Below, piece by piece: positions 8,916 through 19,426 of a stretch of 64,000 nucleotides of DNA (position 1 is the stretch's first letter; each line of letters begins with the position of its first letter). Where the stretch lies: contig JAZAHK010000003.1 of the NCBI GenBank assembly GCA_036231405.1, positions 160,001-224,000 of the forward strand, in the 5' to 3' direction. The DNA comes from Nitrospinota bacterium. Its GTDB lineage: Bacteria; UBA8248. The translations under genes were made by a program, and so were the position numbers. The notes beneath the pieces were generated by a model. The model had not been told where the DNA came from. It did not search any database and saw nothing but the letters and a program-made list of their open reading frames with translations.

Positions 8916-10589
8916 ATGTCTGAGATGATAGGAGCGAGATATATTGGAGAGTTCTTAGTTAAATACGGTGTTAGCACCTTCTTTTTCAAACCATCGATAC
9001 TCAGTAAAACACTAGCACAGATGGATGATTTGCCAATTAAAAGAGTTTTAACTCACGGGGAAAAAGCTGCTGCTTATATGGCAGATGGGTACGCAAGAGC
9101 AAGTGGAAAACCAGGGGTGTGCGGTGCACAAACAGTGGGTGCGGCAAATTTGGCTGCTGGACTTCGTGATGCCTATATGGAGAATAGTCCTGTTATCTCA
9201 TTGACAGGAGGAAGATTCTCACATTCAAAGCATAAAAGACCATATCAAGAAATAGACGACTATCCATTATTCGAACCACTTACAAAGGCAAATTTACAAG
9301 TAGACCAAGTTGAGAGAATACCAGATCTCATGAGACAAGCATTTAGAGAAGCTACTTCAGGGACTCCAGGTCCAGTGAATCTTCAATTTTTGGGAAATCA
9401 TGGAGAAATTGAAAACGATATTGCAAACCTTGATATGATTGTAGAAGAAGAATACAAACAAACACCCTCTTTCCGATCGAGACCAGATCCAGAATTGCTT
9501 GAAAAACTAATCGTCAGATTGGACAATGCCAAACGACCAGTAATCATAGTGGACTCAGAGGCAAGAAGATCTGGTGCGGCGAAAGAACTATGTGATCTTT
9601 CCTCTAAACTTTCTATCCCAATTGCAACCTCTACTGGAGCTTATGCGCTTGTACCTGAGAATCACCCCAACTATATAGGTGTACCAGGCACTTATTCACG
9701 ATCATGCACGAACCAAGTACTCTCAAAATCTGACCTGGTACTATTCGTAGGCAGTGAAGTCGGAGGACAAGTAACACACTTTTGGAAACTTCCTGCTGCA
9801 GGAACAGATGTAATCCAGATTGGGAACGATAGCAACGAGTTTGGAAGAACTTATCCAAATTCACTTTCCATCTTGGGAGATGTAAAAGTTACAATTCAGG
9901 AGTTGATAAAGAAGATCCTTAAAGACAAAGAACCTACTTCCTGGCTTTTAGAAACAAGAGAAATTGTAGAAAAATGGAAAAAAGAACAATCTTCCCATAG
10001 GAACTCGAATGCTTCGCCTATAAGACCTGAAAGAATTATGAAGGAACTGAGTCAGTCCCTTCCTGAAAACGTCCTCTTCGTTTGTGATACTGGACATTCG
10101 GCCTTATGGGCAACACAACAATTATGGATAAATAGTGAATCCTGGGATATGATTCGATGCGCTGGTTCTCTCGGTTGGGCATTTCCCGCATCCATAGGAG
10201 CAAAATGTGCCTTTCCAGAACGTCCAGTAGTCTGCTTCACTGGAGACGGTGGTTTTTGGTATCACCTTCAGGAAATTGAAACTGCTGTAAGATGTAAAAT
10301 CCCGTCTGTAACAATCGTAAATAACAACCATTCAATGAACCAAGAAAAAAATGTTTATACGCCTGCATACGATGGAAATCCATCTGACAAATGGGGAGAT
10401 ATGTGGATCTTTTCTAAGGTTAACCTCTCTAATATCGCAGAAGAAATGGGGGCCCAAGGTATACGTATTGAAGACCCAGGACAAATATCATCTGCTTTAG
10501 AAAAGGGGTTTAATTCGGTTGACCGCCCAACAATTATAGAAGTAATTTCAGATATAGATGCAATGGCACCAAAAACATGGATGCCATAG
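8916..10589 (+). CDS. Thiamine pyrophosphate enzyme (acetolactate synthase-like)
   Basis: HGEKAAAYMADGYAR, GDGG...NN TPP motif. Confidence 0.9.
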   Translation: MSEMIGARYIGEFLVKYGVSTFFFKPSILSKTLAQMDDLPIKRVLTHGEKAAAYMADGYARASGKPGVCGAQTVGAANLAAGLRDAYMENSPVISLTGGRFSHSKHKRPYQEIDDYPLFEPLTKANLQVDQVERIPDLMRQAFREATSGTPGPVNLQFLGNHGEIENDIANLDMIVEEEYKQTPSFRSRPDPELLEKLIVRLDNAKRPVIIVDSEARRSGAAKELCDLSSKLSIPIATSTGAYALVPENHPNYIGVPGTYSRSCTNQVLSKSDLVLFVGSEVGGQVTHFWKLPAAGTDVIQIGNDSNEFGRTYPNSLSILGDVKVTIQELIKKILKDKEPTSWLLETREIVEKWKKEQSSHRNSNASPIRPERIMKELSQSLPENVLFVCDTGHSALWATQQLWINSESWDMIRCAGSLGWAFPASIGAKCAFPERPVVCFTGDGGFWYHLQEIETAVRCKIPSVTIVNNNHSMNQEKNVYTPAYDGNPSDKWGDMWIFSKVNLSNIAEEMGAQGIRIEDPGQISSALEKGFNSVDRPTIIEVISDIDAMAPKTWMP

Positions 10590-10640
10590 AATAGGTGCTT
10601 ATAATAAATAATTTAAATTAAATTTCCATACGAGGGGAAA

Positions 10641-11834
10641 ATGTCTGAATCTAGTCTACCATTATCAAAATTTAAAGTTCTCGATCTAACAACAGCTCGA
10701 TCAGGTCCAACGGCAGTTAAACAGTTGGCTGATTGGGGTGCCGATGTCATTAAAATAGATCCTTCAAGAAAAATTATAGATTCTGGTGGCGGAGCAATCC
10801 AACGAGATAGACATGGATACGAGATGCAGAATCTTCATCGAAACAAACGTGGAATGACACTGAATCTGAAGAGTGAAGAAGGTAGAGAGATTTTCTACAA
10901 ACTTGTTAAAGAATCGGATGTTGTCATAGAAAATTATCGACCGGACGTTAAAAATCGTCTCAAAATAGATTATGAAACCTTAAAATCTATTAATGAAAAA
11001 ATAATACTAGGCAGTATCTCAGGTTTTGGTCAATCTGGACCATACTCTAAACGTCCAGGTTTAGACCAAATCGCCCAAGGACTGAGCGGACTGATGTCTG
11101 TCACCGGCATGCCTGAAAATGGACCAACCAGAGTAGGTGTTCCAATTGGGGATCTAACAGCCGGAATGATGCTTGCGCAAGGCGTTCTTATTGCTTTGCT
11201 CGAAAGAGAAACATCAGGTAAAGGACAATGGGTACACACATCTTTATTAGAGGGGTTAATTCAAATAATGGATTTGCAAGCAGCTCGTTACCTCATGGCA
11301 GGAGAGGTGCCTAAGCAAGTAGGTAATTTACATCCCGTATATCTTCCAACTGGAGTTTTTCCCACTTCAGACTCTTCTGTGAATATACAATCCCCTGGCC
11401 AACTTTTCTGGAAAAGATTAAGTACTGCTCTTGGAAAGCCTGAACTTTTTGACGACGAAGATTTCAAAACCCCAGAAGACCGTTGGGAAAACAAAGACAG
11501 ACTAAACAAAGAAATTTCAGAACTAACTATGCAAAAGACAACTGATGAATTGGTTCAGATCCTAAATGATGCTGGAGTACCTTGTGGTCCAATTCATAAA
11601 GTTAACGAAACGTTTGCAGATCCTCAAGTACAACAATTGAATATGAATCCGGAAATTGAGCATCCAGTAATTGGGAAAATAAATGTCGTAGGCCAAGCTT
11701 TTAAACTAAGTAGGACTCCTCAAAAAATGCGATTTCCCACACCAGAAATTGGAGAACACAACGAAGAAATATTGTCTGGATTAAATTATAGTGAAGAAGA
11801 AATTGAAGAATTAAAACAAAAAGATATTCTATAA
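10641..11834 (+). CDS. CoA-transferase family III (CaiB/BaiF)
   Basis: LADWGADVIK, RNKRG..LNLK, ENYRP, ISGFGQSGP, GDLTAG. Confidence 0.92.
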   Translation: MSESSLPLSKFKVLDLTTARSGPTAVKQLADWGADVIKIDPSRKIIDSGGGAIQRDRHGYEMQNLHRNKRGMTLNLKSEEGREIFYKLVKESDVVIENYRPDVKNRLKIDYETLKSINEKIILGSISGFGQSGPYSKRPGLDQIAQGLSGLMSVTGMPENGPTRVGVPIGDLTAGMMLAQGVLIALLERETSGKGQWVHTSLLEGLIQIMDLQAARYLMAGEVPKQVGNLHPVYLPTGVFPTSDSSVNIQSPGQLFWKRLSTALGKPELFDDEDFKTPEDRWENKDRLNKEISELTMQKTTDELVQILNDAGVPCGPIHKVNETFADPQVQQLNMNPEIEHPVIGKINVVGQAFKLSRTPQKMRFPTPEIGEHNEEILSGLNYSEEEIEELKQKDIL

Positions 11835-11838
11835 AAGA

Positions 11839-12609
11839 TTAGACCATAACAATGCCGCCATTAACGTCCAAGGTTACGCCTGTAATGTAACCTGATTCTC
11901 GACTGCATAAAAACAGAATAGGCCAAGCTATTTCCTCAGGGTCACACATTCTACCTAGTGGGGAATTTGCCTTAATTTTATTCATTTGTTCTTCCGTCCT
12001 CATTGCAATGGTCCGTGGGGTATTAACATTCGCAGGAGCAACAGAATTTACAGTGATTCCATACGGGCCGAATTCTTTTGCAGCCTGCCTTGTAAGAGAA
12101 AGTATCCCGCCCTTAGAAGCCGTATAATGTGGGGAATGTGCAGCTGAACGTGCCGCAGCACTAGAGAGAGAAATAATCCGCCCGTAGTTATGTTTCTTCA
12201 TGACTGGAGTAACCGCTTTGAGCAACAAGAAAAAAGTTTTCAAATTGTTATCAACAATGCCATCCCACTGATTGACGGGAAGATCTGTAAGAGAGATATA
12301 TTTAGGAAAACCACCTGCACTATGCACTAGAGAATGAATTTGTCCTATCTGGTTTTCAATTTTCTTTATGGCGTCTTCTACAGCTACCCAATCTGTTAAA
12401 TCAACACTGGAAATTATTGTCTCTCCTCCAGAACCAGAGATTTCATTTGCAACTCTACTTACGCCTTCTTTATCGAAATCCATAAGAACAACCTTGGCAC
12501 CTCGTGAAGCGAATAATTTTGCACACATCTCCCCGATACCCGTTGCCGCACCAGTAACAACTGCACACTCTCCATCAAAGTTCATAACTGATGAACCAAT
12601 TTTTTTCAT
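11839..12609 (-). CDS. Short-chain dehydrogenase/reductase
   Basis: TGAATGIG, YTASK, TG..LDVNGG. Confidence 0.9.
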   Translation of the reverse strand: MKKIGSSVMNFDGECAVVTGAATGIGEMCAKLFASRGAKVVLMDFDKEGVSRVANEISGSGGETIISSVDLTDWVAVEDAIKKIENQIGQIHSLVHSAGGFPKYISLTDLPVNQWDGIVDNNLKTFFLLLKAVTPVMKKHNYGRIISLSSAAARSAAHSPHYTASKGGILSLTRQAAKEFGPYGITVNSVAPANVNTPRTIAMRTEEQMNKIKANSPLGRMCDPEEIAWPILFLCSRESGYITGVTLDVNGGIVMV

Positions 12610-12621
12610 AATACTCTCTTT

Positions 12622-13515
12622 CTAATCAAACCTCTCTGGCAAACCCGCCATTTTTCTAAGAACTTCAAAAACTGCTACAGAATCTCTCTCAGCGTGACCA
12701 TTTTCATACGCATTTTGGGCCAATTGCGACCATATACCTGTCATTAACATAGGAGAACCGAATCTTTGTCCTTGTTCCAGCATCAATCTTGAATCCTTTA
12801 AGGAAATCTTTACTAGCCCTTCCGGACTATAGTCCCCATTTATCATCTTTGGCCCTTTATCAACCATTGTTTTTGAAGAACAAGCACCATCCTGCAGTAC
12901 CGCTAGCAAGTTATTCAATTCCATTCCCGCTTTTGTTCCTAAAGATAATCCCTCGGCAAGTGCAAGTCGATTTCCTGCAAGCACTAAGTTAATGATTAGT
13001 TTCGTAAGAGCACCTGAACCGACCGGACCCATCAAATAAGAAGCACGACTAAAACCATCAAAATATGGCTTGCAAGCCTCGAAATCTTCTTGGTCACCTC
13101 CTGCAATAATAATCAAATCTTTTTTCCAGGCCATTGCACTTGTCCCGCTAACAGCAGCATCCAGAAAACGAATTCCTTTTTCTGCTAATTCACTCCCTAG
13201 ACGCTCTGAATCCTCAGGCCTAGAGGTGGTGGCATCTGCTAGGATTAAACCATCTTGAGCACTTGCCATAATTCCCTTATCACCAAAAATGACTTCACGA
13301 ACTATATCGCTTGTGGGAAGCGAAGTTATTAACCAACTAACTCCACTTGCAGCAGCAGAAGGAGACTCTGCAGGTATTCCACCTCTCTCTACAAATTCAT
13401 CAACTCTTTTCCCGTCTATATCAAAACCTTGCACTTCATAACCAGCCTCAAGAAGATTTCCGGAAATAGCTGAACCCATCAATCCGATTCCAACTATACC
13501 AACTCGTTCTGACAT
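12622..13515 (-). CDS. 3-hydroxyisobutyrate/beta-hydroxyacid dehydrogenase family
   Basis: GIVGIGLMG, FLDAAVSG, KLIIN, KD. Confidence 0.9.
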   Translation of the reverse strand: MSERVGIVGIGLMGSAISGNLLEAGYEVQGFDIDGKRVDEFVERGGIPAESPSAAASGVSWLITSLPTSDIVREVIFGDKGIMASAQDGLILADATTSRPEDSERLGSELAEKGIRFLDAAVSGTSAMAWKKDLIIIAGGDQEDFEACKPYFDGFSRASYLMGPVGSGALTKLIINLVLAGNRLALAEGLSLGTKAGMELNNLLAVLQDGACSSKTMVDKGPKMINGDYSPEGLVKISLKDSRLMLEQGQRFGSPMLMTGIWSQLAQNAYENGHAERDSVAVFEVLRKMAGLPERFD

Positions 13516-13566
13516 ACGTTAACCTCCAAGTATAAGAAAGCTTTCAAAAAAACTTTAAGAAGGGAC

Positions 13567-15195
13567 CTATCTAGGAATAAAAGGAATAATTAATCTGGAC
13601 TGATCCTTCCCCGTTAAAATAATGTTAGTAACTGTCCTGGGAATTGGATCATGCGTGTAAATTAAATTTGTGACAGGATCGCAAGATGAAATCTCCAACT
13701 TTAGTGAATGTCCCTCAAGGAACAAATTACATGTAGGCACAATTTCAATCTCATATTCATACACTTCCCCAGGTTCTATCAATTCTACCTTGTCATGAGG
13801 ATGCCATGGCCTCCAATTTTTACTTCTTTCTGAATCTAACGCTCTGTGTGAAGCTTTTAAAAAACCACGAGTTAGGATTTTTTCAGAACCGTCTGGAGAT
13901 TGATCTTTGATAAAGACAAACCAATCGGTATCATCCTGATCGGAAACTGCAAATAATTTTAGAACTAAAGGACCCGTTATTTCAAAAGGTTTTTCGGCAG
14001 GGGTCGTTTTGAAAACTAACTTTGGTTCCCCAAGCTTTGCTTTTGGAGTCCCGGGGACAAATTTATAAACTCTTTCTCCCGAAGAAGAAACATTTTCAGT
14101 AAGCTTTTCGCCGTCAAGATAGAGTTCCTTCCATGTTGTTCTTTCTAATGGCCACTCTTTCTCAACTCTCCAAGTATTTTCTCCTTGGATAAATAAATTA
14201 ATTGGAGGGCCGTCATTAACTCCCGTATCTAACCCTTTTAAGTAATGGTCATACCAACGAAGAGCTTCAAAATGGTAAACTCCAAAAGGTCTTCTTGGTT
14301 GAGGTTCAGGACCAATAAGCATCCTTTTTGGTGTACTTTCAGGAATTAAATCCCACCCCTCGAACGCACCTCTCAAATGAAGACCATAAAAATTCCAATC
14401 ACATCCAAGATATGTAGGGATTTTTATTTTCGGCAAGTTCCGCCATGAAGATCGCTCTTGAAAGTACTCCCCATCAAGAGAATCCTTCCCGCTAAGAACA
14501 CGATTAAAGTGATAATTAAAACCTGAAAGATCTTTGACACGACCACTAGTATGATTTAAAAACATTAAACTCGTGAACCAAAAACGAGCCCAAGCAGAGT
14601 AAATCCCGCCATGATAGTACGCATCACGATATAAATCAGTCATTGCGTCATATGGGAAAATTGCTGAAAGTCCTTCTGGTTGTTGTTCGGCTCCTAGCAA
14701 TTGACTCATCCCAAAATATGAACAACCAATCATACCTACCTTTCCATTACACCACGGCTGATTTGCAATAAATTCAATCATCTCTTTTAAATCTTTTTGC
14801 TCTTCAGGACCCCAATGATCCCATGAACCACCAGAATCATTAGACCCTCTAACATCAGCAATAACTTGTACATACCCCCTAGGCACCCAAAATTCTGTCA
14901 ATCCTGCTTCGTTTTGTCCTATAGGGACGACCGTTGGTTGCAACTGCCTTGTATAAGGGGACCAAGAAAGAAGCGTAGGAAATTTCTCGCCTGAGACATT
15001 GGGTCGATAAATATCATAATAGAGGTCTATACCATCTCTAACTGTAAATTTTTTAGAATTTTCTGTAAAAATAGAGTATTTAGGTTCAGAAGTTTCCCTG
15101 GTAAGAGGAACTTCATTATAAGGATATTGTGGCCAGGAAGATGGATTTACAGTTCGAATACTTTCAGGATTAACTATCGGAGTTGGACTCACCAC
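13567..15195 (-). CDS. CocE/NonD family serine hydrolase
   Basis: DVRGS..SGG, QPWCNGKVGMIGCSYFG nucleophile motif. Confidence 0.9.
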   Translation of the reverse strand: MVSPTPIVNPESIRTVNPSSWPQYPYNEVPLTRETSEPKYSIFTENSKKFTVRDGIDLYYDIYRPNVSGEKFPTLLSWSPYTRQLQPTVVPIGQNEAGLTEFWVPRGYVQVIADVRGSNDSGGSWDHWGPEEQKDLKEMIEFIANQPWCNGKVGMIGCSYFGMSQLLGAEQQPEGLSAIFPYDAMTDLYRDAYYHGGIYSAWARFWFTSLMFLNHTSGRVKDLSGFNYHFNRVLSGKDSLDGEYFQERSSWRNLPKIKIPTYLGCDWNFYGLHLRGAFEGWDLIPESTPKRMLIGPEPQPRRPFGVYHFEALRWYDHYLKGLDTGVNDGPPINLFIQGENTWRVEKEWPLERTTWKELYLDGEKLTENVSSSGERVYKFVPGTPKAKLGEPKLVFKTTPAEKPFEITGPLVLKLFAVSDQDDTDWFVFIKDQSPDGSEKILTRGFLKASHRALDSERSKNWRPWHPHDKVELIEPGEVYEYEIEIVPTCNLFLEGHSLKLEISSCDPVTNLIYTHDPIPRTVTNIILTGKDQSRLIIPFIPR

Positions 15196-15222
15196 GCAGA
15201 CCCTTCAAAAATTTAAGTATTT

Positions 15223-16911
15223 CTAAAATTCAGAATATGCTCCAGGAGCAAGTGCTTTAATATCTGTAACAACATCGACAATAACTGGACCAGTTTTTGT
15301 TTTTAAAGCAGTTTGAAGTTTTGTCTTCAGATCTTTTGCTCTTTCAATTCGTATTCCATTTGCGCCCATAGATTTTGCGACTTGGACGAAATTCGTTTTT
15401 TCAAAATGCCATAATTCATGTGCTTTTCCATGTTGTTTTCCTCCATAGGCATTATCGAAAATTTTCGTTTCCTGGTTTTGAGAACTATTATTGTTCACAA
15501 GGAGAACAATGGGGATCTTCCACCTCACAGCAGTTTCAATTTCCCCAATGTGATACCAGAATCCAGCGTCTCCAGTAAACAGAACAACTGGACGATTAGG
15601 AGCAGCGCATTTCGCACCCATAGCAGCAGGAAAACCCCATCCTAGATGACCTGCAGCACGAATGAAACTCTGTTTATCTCCGTTTAAATCTAAAAAACCC
15701 CCTGTCCACATCCCAGAGTGTCCTGTATCAGACAAAAGAATTGCATCATTAGGCAGAATATCAGAAAGAACCTGGCATACCCTTTCAGGTCGTATCGGAT
15801 TCTTAGACGAATTTAATAAGGGAGAAAACTCTTTTCTCCAGTCGGAGACAATTTTTTTAACTCTTTTATTCCAATAAACTCTCTTCTCGTTCTGACCATC
15901 ATCACAAAGGTCAATCAATTTCGACAAGGAGACTTTTGCATCTCCTTGTAAAGAAGCTTTTAACGGATAATTTCTTCCAAGTTCTTCGGGATCAATATCT
16001 AATTGCATGGAGGGAACCCCAATCTTAGGGACCTTCCAGAAATGTGTTGTCATCCCACCAGTTTGTGTCCCTACAAAAAATACAAAATCTGCTTCTGAAA
16101 CCACCTGATTAGCACTTCTTCTAGAGTAACTACCAACCACACCAACAGATAAATCATGGTTTCCTGGGATTATTTCTTTACCATTCATAGAAGTAGCAAC
16201 TGGGATAGAAAGTTTTTCTGCAAGTTTGACCAACTCATTATGGGCACCAGAAACACGTACCCCTCCGCCACATACAATGACAGGCTTTTTACTAGAAGAA
16301 AGTATTTTTACCGCTTTTTTTAAGGAATCAATACTAGGTTCAGGACGATAGGCGGGGGTACTTGTGAAATCCTCCTCAACGACAAGTTTAAGATTAGCTA
16401 TTTTCTGTTCAATTTGCCCTAAATTACCTGCAAATCTTAAATGGACTGGGCCGGGCGTACCGGAGGTTGCCACTCTAAAAGCTTGTCTTAATAAATCTGG
16501 AAATCTTTCTACATCGTCGACATATGCATTGAACTTTGTGACCGGATCAAAAGCAGAAATATCCTCTACCTCTTGATATGGATTCCTGTAACGGCTCGAA
16601 GGAGTTGTCCCACCAGTAAAAGCTATTACTGGAGAGCAGGCCAAATAAGCCTCCCTAAGTCCTGCTGCAAGATTTACTCCTCCCACAATCTGTGCCATAC
16701 AAATACCGGGTCGTCCAGAAATACGTGCATATGCATCAGCCATATATGCAGCAGATTTTTCCCCATGTGTGAGAACTCTAGAGATACCTGTATTTTTTTT
16801 GTCCATTTGTGCCAAAGAATGACTCAAAATTGTAGGGACGAAAAAAATATGTGTTACACCGTATGCCTTCAAAGCATCTGCTATAAATTCGGCACCAGAC
16901 ATCCTTGGCAT
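15223..16911 (-). CDS. Thiamine pyrophosphate enzyme (acetolactate synthase-like), paralog of 8916-10589
   Basis: HGEKSAAYMADAYAR, GDAG...NN. Confidence 0.9.
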   Translation of the reverse strand: MPRMSGAEFIADALKAYGVTHIFFVPTILSHSLAQMDKKNTGISRVLTHGEKSAAYMADAYARISGRPGICMAQIVGGVNLAAGLREAYLACSPVIAFTGGTTPSSRYRNPYQEVEDISAFDPVTKFNAYVDDVERFPDLLRQAFRVATSGTPGPVHLRFAGNLGQIEQKIANLKLVVEEDFTSTPAYRPEPSIDSLKKAVKILSSSKKPVIVCGGGVRVSGAHNELVKLAEKLSIPVATSMNGKEIIPGNHDLSVGVVGSYSRRSANQVVSEADFVFFVGTQTGGMTTHFWKVPKIGVPSMQLDIDPEELGRNYPLKASLQGDAKVSLSKLIDLCDDGQNEKRVYWNKRVKKIVSDWRKEFSPLLNSSKNPIRPERVCQVLSDILPNDAILLSDTGHSGMWTGGFLDLNGDKQSFIRAAGHLGWGFPAAMGAKCAAPNRPVVLFTGDAGFWYHIGEIETAVRWKIPIVLLVNNNSSQNQETKIFDNAYGGKQHGKAHELWHFEKTNFVQVAKSMGANGIRIERAKDLKTKLQTALKTKTGPVIVDVVTDIKALAPGAYSEF

Positions 16912-16959
16912 TAACTACTCCTTAAAATTACAAAAAATTTCATAATCTTTAATTTACAC

Positions 16960-17754
16960 TTACAGACCTATCATTGCCTTAGCTTCGTCAACTGTAGCAA
17001 TTTCTCTTCCCAATAATTTTGACACATTTGCTATTCGTGAAACATGTTCGGGATTATCTCCAAAAACACCAGAACTTAGAAATGGTTCATCTTCTGTACC
17101 AACACGAACATGACCACCATGCATAACTGCCATAGTCTCTAAATGAAGATGGGTATTCCCTGTCACACTAGTTATATAAATCGAATCCTCAGGCAAAGCT
17201 GAAACTCTGTGCAAGAATTCTCGCATAGTAGCTGGAGACCATGCACCACCAGGCCTTCCGAAAAATACTGTCATTAAAACTGGTGTTTGTATAAGGTCTT
17301 TCTCTAACAAATCATTAATCATCCATAATTCTCCAATACTAAAAACTTCAAACTCTGGCTTTACATTGTAATCAGTGCAAAGCTTCATCATATCTGCAAT
17401 TTCCTCACGGGGATGTAACATCATTACATCTCCCTGAATGAAAGCCATGTTATGAGCACCTACAGCGACAGACATCATTTCAGGTTGAAATTTTACAACC
17501 TCACGCCTTTGTTCAAGGGTCTGCGTAGAAATTCCGTATTGCAACATCACAGGGCAACAATCACGAATTGCCTTGGTATGATTTTCCCATGCTTCATAGT
17601 TTGTAGGAGGCGCATGAATGTGTGCAATACAAGACCCTTGCTCCCATCCTTTTTTAACTGAAGTCGCTAAAACTTCTGAATCATGGAATCTCTTCTCTAC
17701 ACCTTCGTGCATAGAAGTATCCGCAGCACAATTCACTATCATAAGCTTTGACAT
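16960..17754 (-). CDS. Beta-keto acid cleavage enzyme (BKACE/DUF849, Kce-like)
   Basis: AHIH metal motif, KPEFEVF, GGHVRVGTED, GREIAT. Confidence 0.88.
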   Translation of the reverse strand: MSKLMIVNCAADTSMHEGVEKRFHDSEVLATSVKKGWEQGSCIAHIHAPPTNYEAWENHTKAIRDCCPVMLQYGISTQTLEQRREVVKFQPEMMSVAVGAHNMAFIQGDVMMLHPREEIADMMKLCTDYNVKPEFEVFSIGELWMINDLLEKDLIQTPVLMTVFFGRPGGAWSPATMREFLHRVSALPEDSIYITSVTGNTHLHLETMAVMHGGHVRVGTEDEPFLSSGVFGDNPEHVSRIANVSKLLGREIATVDEAKAMIGL

Positions 17755-17775
17755 TAAAAATTCCTCATCTTTAAA

Positions 17776-18579
17776 TTAATTAAGTCCTAGAATTTTTTTT
17801 GTTTCCTCAACAGTTGCAGGTTCTCTTCCAAGTTCTTTTCCAATCCTAACCATTCTTGAAACTAATTGGGCATTATCTTCCGCTAGAACACCTTTCGTAT
17901 AATAAGGCTCATCTTCTGTACCAACACGAACATGACCACCTTGGATAATGGAAACTGTTTCTAAAGCAACATTACTTAACCCAGCAGCGCTTACTGAAAA
18001 AACAGAATTGTCAGGAAGATGTTCTATGCGATGCAGAAGTTCTTTTAATGTGGCAGGAGACCAAAATCCACCAGGCCAACCAAAAAAAATTGTTAATACG
18101 ACAGGGCTTTTCACTAAGTCCTTCTCTAAAAGCCATTCCAGATTCCACAAATGACCTAAATTGAAACATTCAAATTCTGGGTGTACACCATTATCATTAA
18201 ATAGTCTGACTTGATCTTCAATTTCCTGCCTTGAATGTTCGACTAAAAGATCAGCATCCACAAACGCAAAATCATGTGAGCCCAAAGCAATCGAAGCCAT
18301 ATCAGGTTTTAAATGGACTATTTTTTTTCTTCCTGGAAGTCCCATAGCAGCAATTCCAAATTGGATTAAAATCTCTGGACAGGCTTCGCGAACTGCATTC
18401 GTAAAAGGCTCCCAACTTTCTAGTTGCATAGGAATCCCATGAATATGAGCTATAGAAGCACCTGCTTCATAACTTGCTTTAATTTCACTCGCAAGAGTAT
18501 CAGCAGTTTGGAGACGCTTAGGTACACCAGGGTGCTTACGACTATCTGCCGCACAATTAGTTATTATTAACTTTTCGAT
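17776..18579 (-). CDS. Second BKACE/DUF849 enzyme, probable ATC start
   Basis: Frame stays open 50 codons upstream of the first ATG (18429) and encodes IEKLIITNCAAD...AHIH, matching the paralog N-terminus MSKLMIVNCAAD. Confidence 0.85.
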   Translation of the reverse strand: MEKLIITNCAADSRKHPGVPKRLQTADTLASEIKASYEAGASIAHIHGIPMQLESWEPFTNAVREACPEILIQFGIAAMGLPGRKKIVHLKPDMASIALGSHDFAFVDADLLVEHSRQEIEDQVRLFNDNGVHPEFECFNLGHLWNLEWLLEKDLVKSPVVLTIFFGWPGGFWSPATLKELLHRIEHLPDNSVFSVSAAGLSNVALETVSIIQGGHVRVGTEDEPYYTKGVLAEDNAQLVSRMVRIGKELGREPATVEETKKILGLN

Positions 18580-18620
18580 CTTAGCTTCCCCCTGAAATAA
18601 AAAAATTGATAATAGAATAA

Positions 18621-19391
18621 TTAATCAATACTACTTTCCGCGTACAACAAACCTCTAATTTTCTGACTCAAAGCAACGAATGCAGGATCTCCCATTGTTT
18701 TAAGATCTCGGGGCCTTTCAATATCTACGGTTATTACCTCTGCAATTTTCCCTGGTCTGGCAGTCATCACCACAACGCGATCTGCCAAAAATACAGCTTC
18801 TGGGATACTATGAGTAATGAAAAAAACCGTTTTTTTACTTTCTAACCAGATCCTCTGGAGTTCAAGATTCATTTGTTCTCTCGTCATAGCATCTAGCGCA
18901 CCAAAAGGCTCATCCATAAGTAAGAGACTGGGGTCATGTATTAAGGCTCTAATTATAGCGTTACGCTGCCTCATTCCTCCAGACAATTCATGAGGATACT
19001 TGTCTTCGAATCCGTCTAAACCAACTAACTTAATCAATGCTTTTGCTCTTGGAATTGTGACATTAGAATCAAGGTTTAAGATTTCAGAAGGAAGAAGCGT
19101 ATTTTGCAGAACAGTCCTCCATAAAAGAAGAACAGGATCTTGGAACACAATCCCTACATCATTTCTTGGACCTTCAATTGGAGTATTTTTTAGACTTATA
19201 CCCCCCGAGGTCTTCGTTAATAGACCACCTAAAATTTTTAATAACGTACTCTTGCCACATCCACTAGGGCCGACAACTGAAACAAATTCACCTTCAAAGA
19301 TTTCCAAGTTTATATCAGACAAAGCGTGAACAATTTCACCACTAGCAGTAATGTATTCCTTCTCTAAATTTTTTACAGATATATAGGACAT
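18621..19391 (-). CDS. NitT/TauT-family ABC transporter ATP-binding protein
   Basis: GPSGCGKST, LSGGMRQR, LLMDEPFGALD. Confidence 0.95.
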   Translation of the reverse strand: MSYISVKNLEKEYITASGEIVHALSDINLEIFEGEFVSVVGPSGCGKSTLLKILGGLLTKTSGGISLKNTPIEGPRNDVGIVFQDPVLLLWRTVLQNTLLPSEILNLDSNVTIPRAKALIKLVGLDGFEDKYPHELSGGMRQRNAIIRALIHDPSLLLMDEPFGALDAMTREQMNLELQRIWLESKKTVFFITHSIPEAVFLADRVVVMTARPGKIAEVITVDIERPRDLKTMGDPAFVALSQKIRGLLYAESSID

Positions 19392-19426
19392 TTTTCATTT
19401 TCAAAAATTAAGTTTTATAAGTAAAA

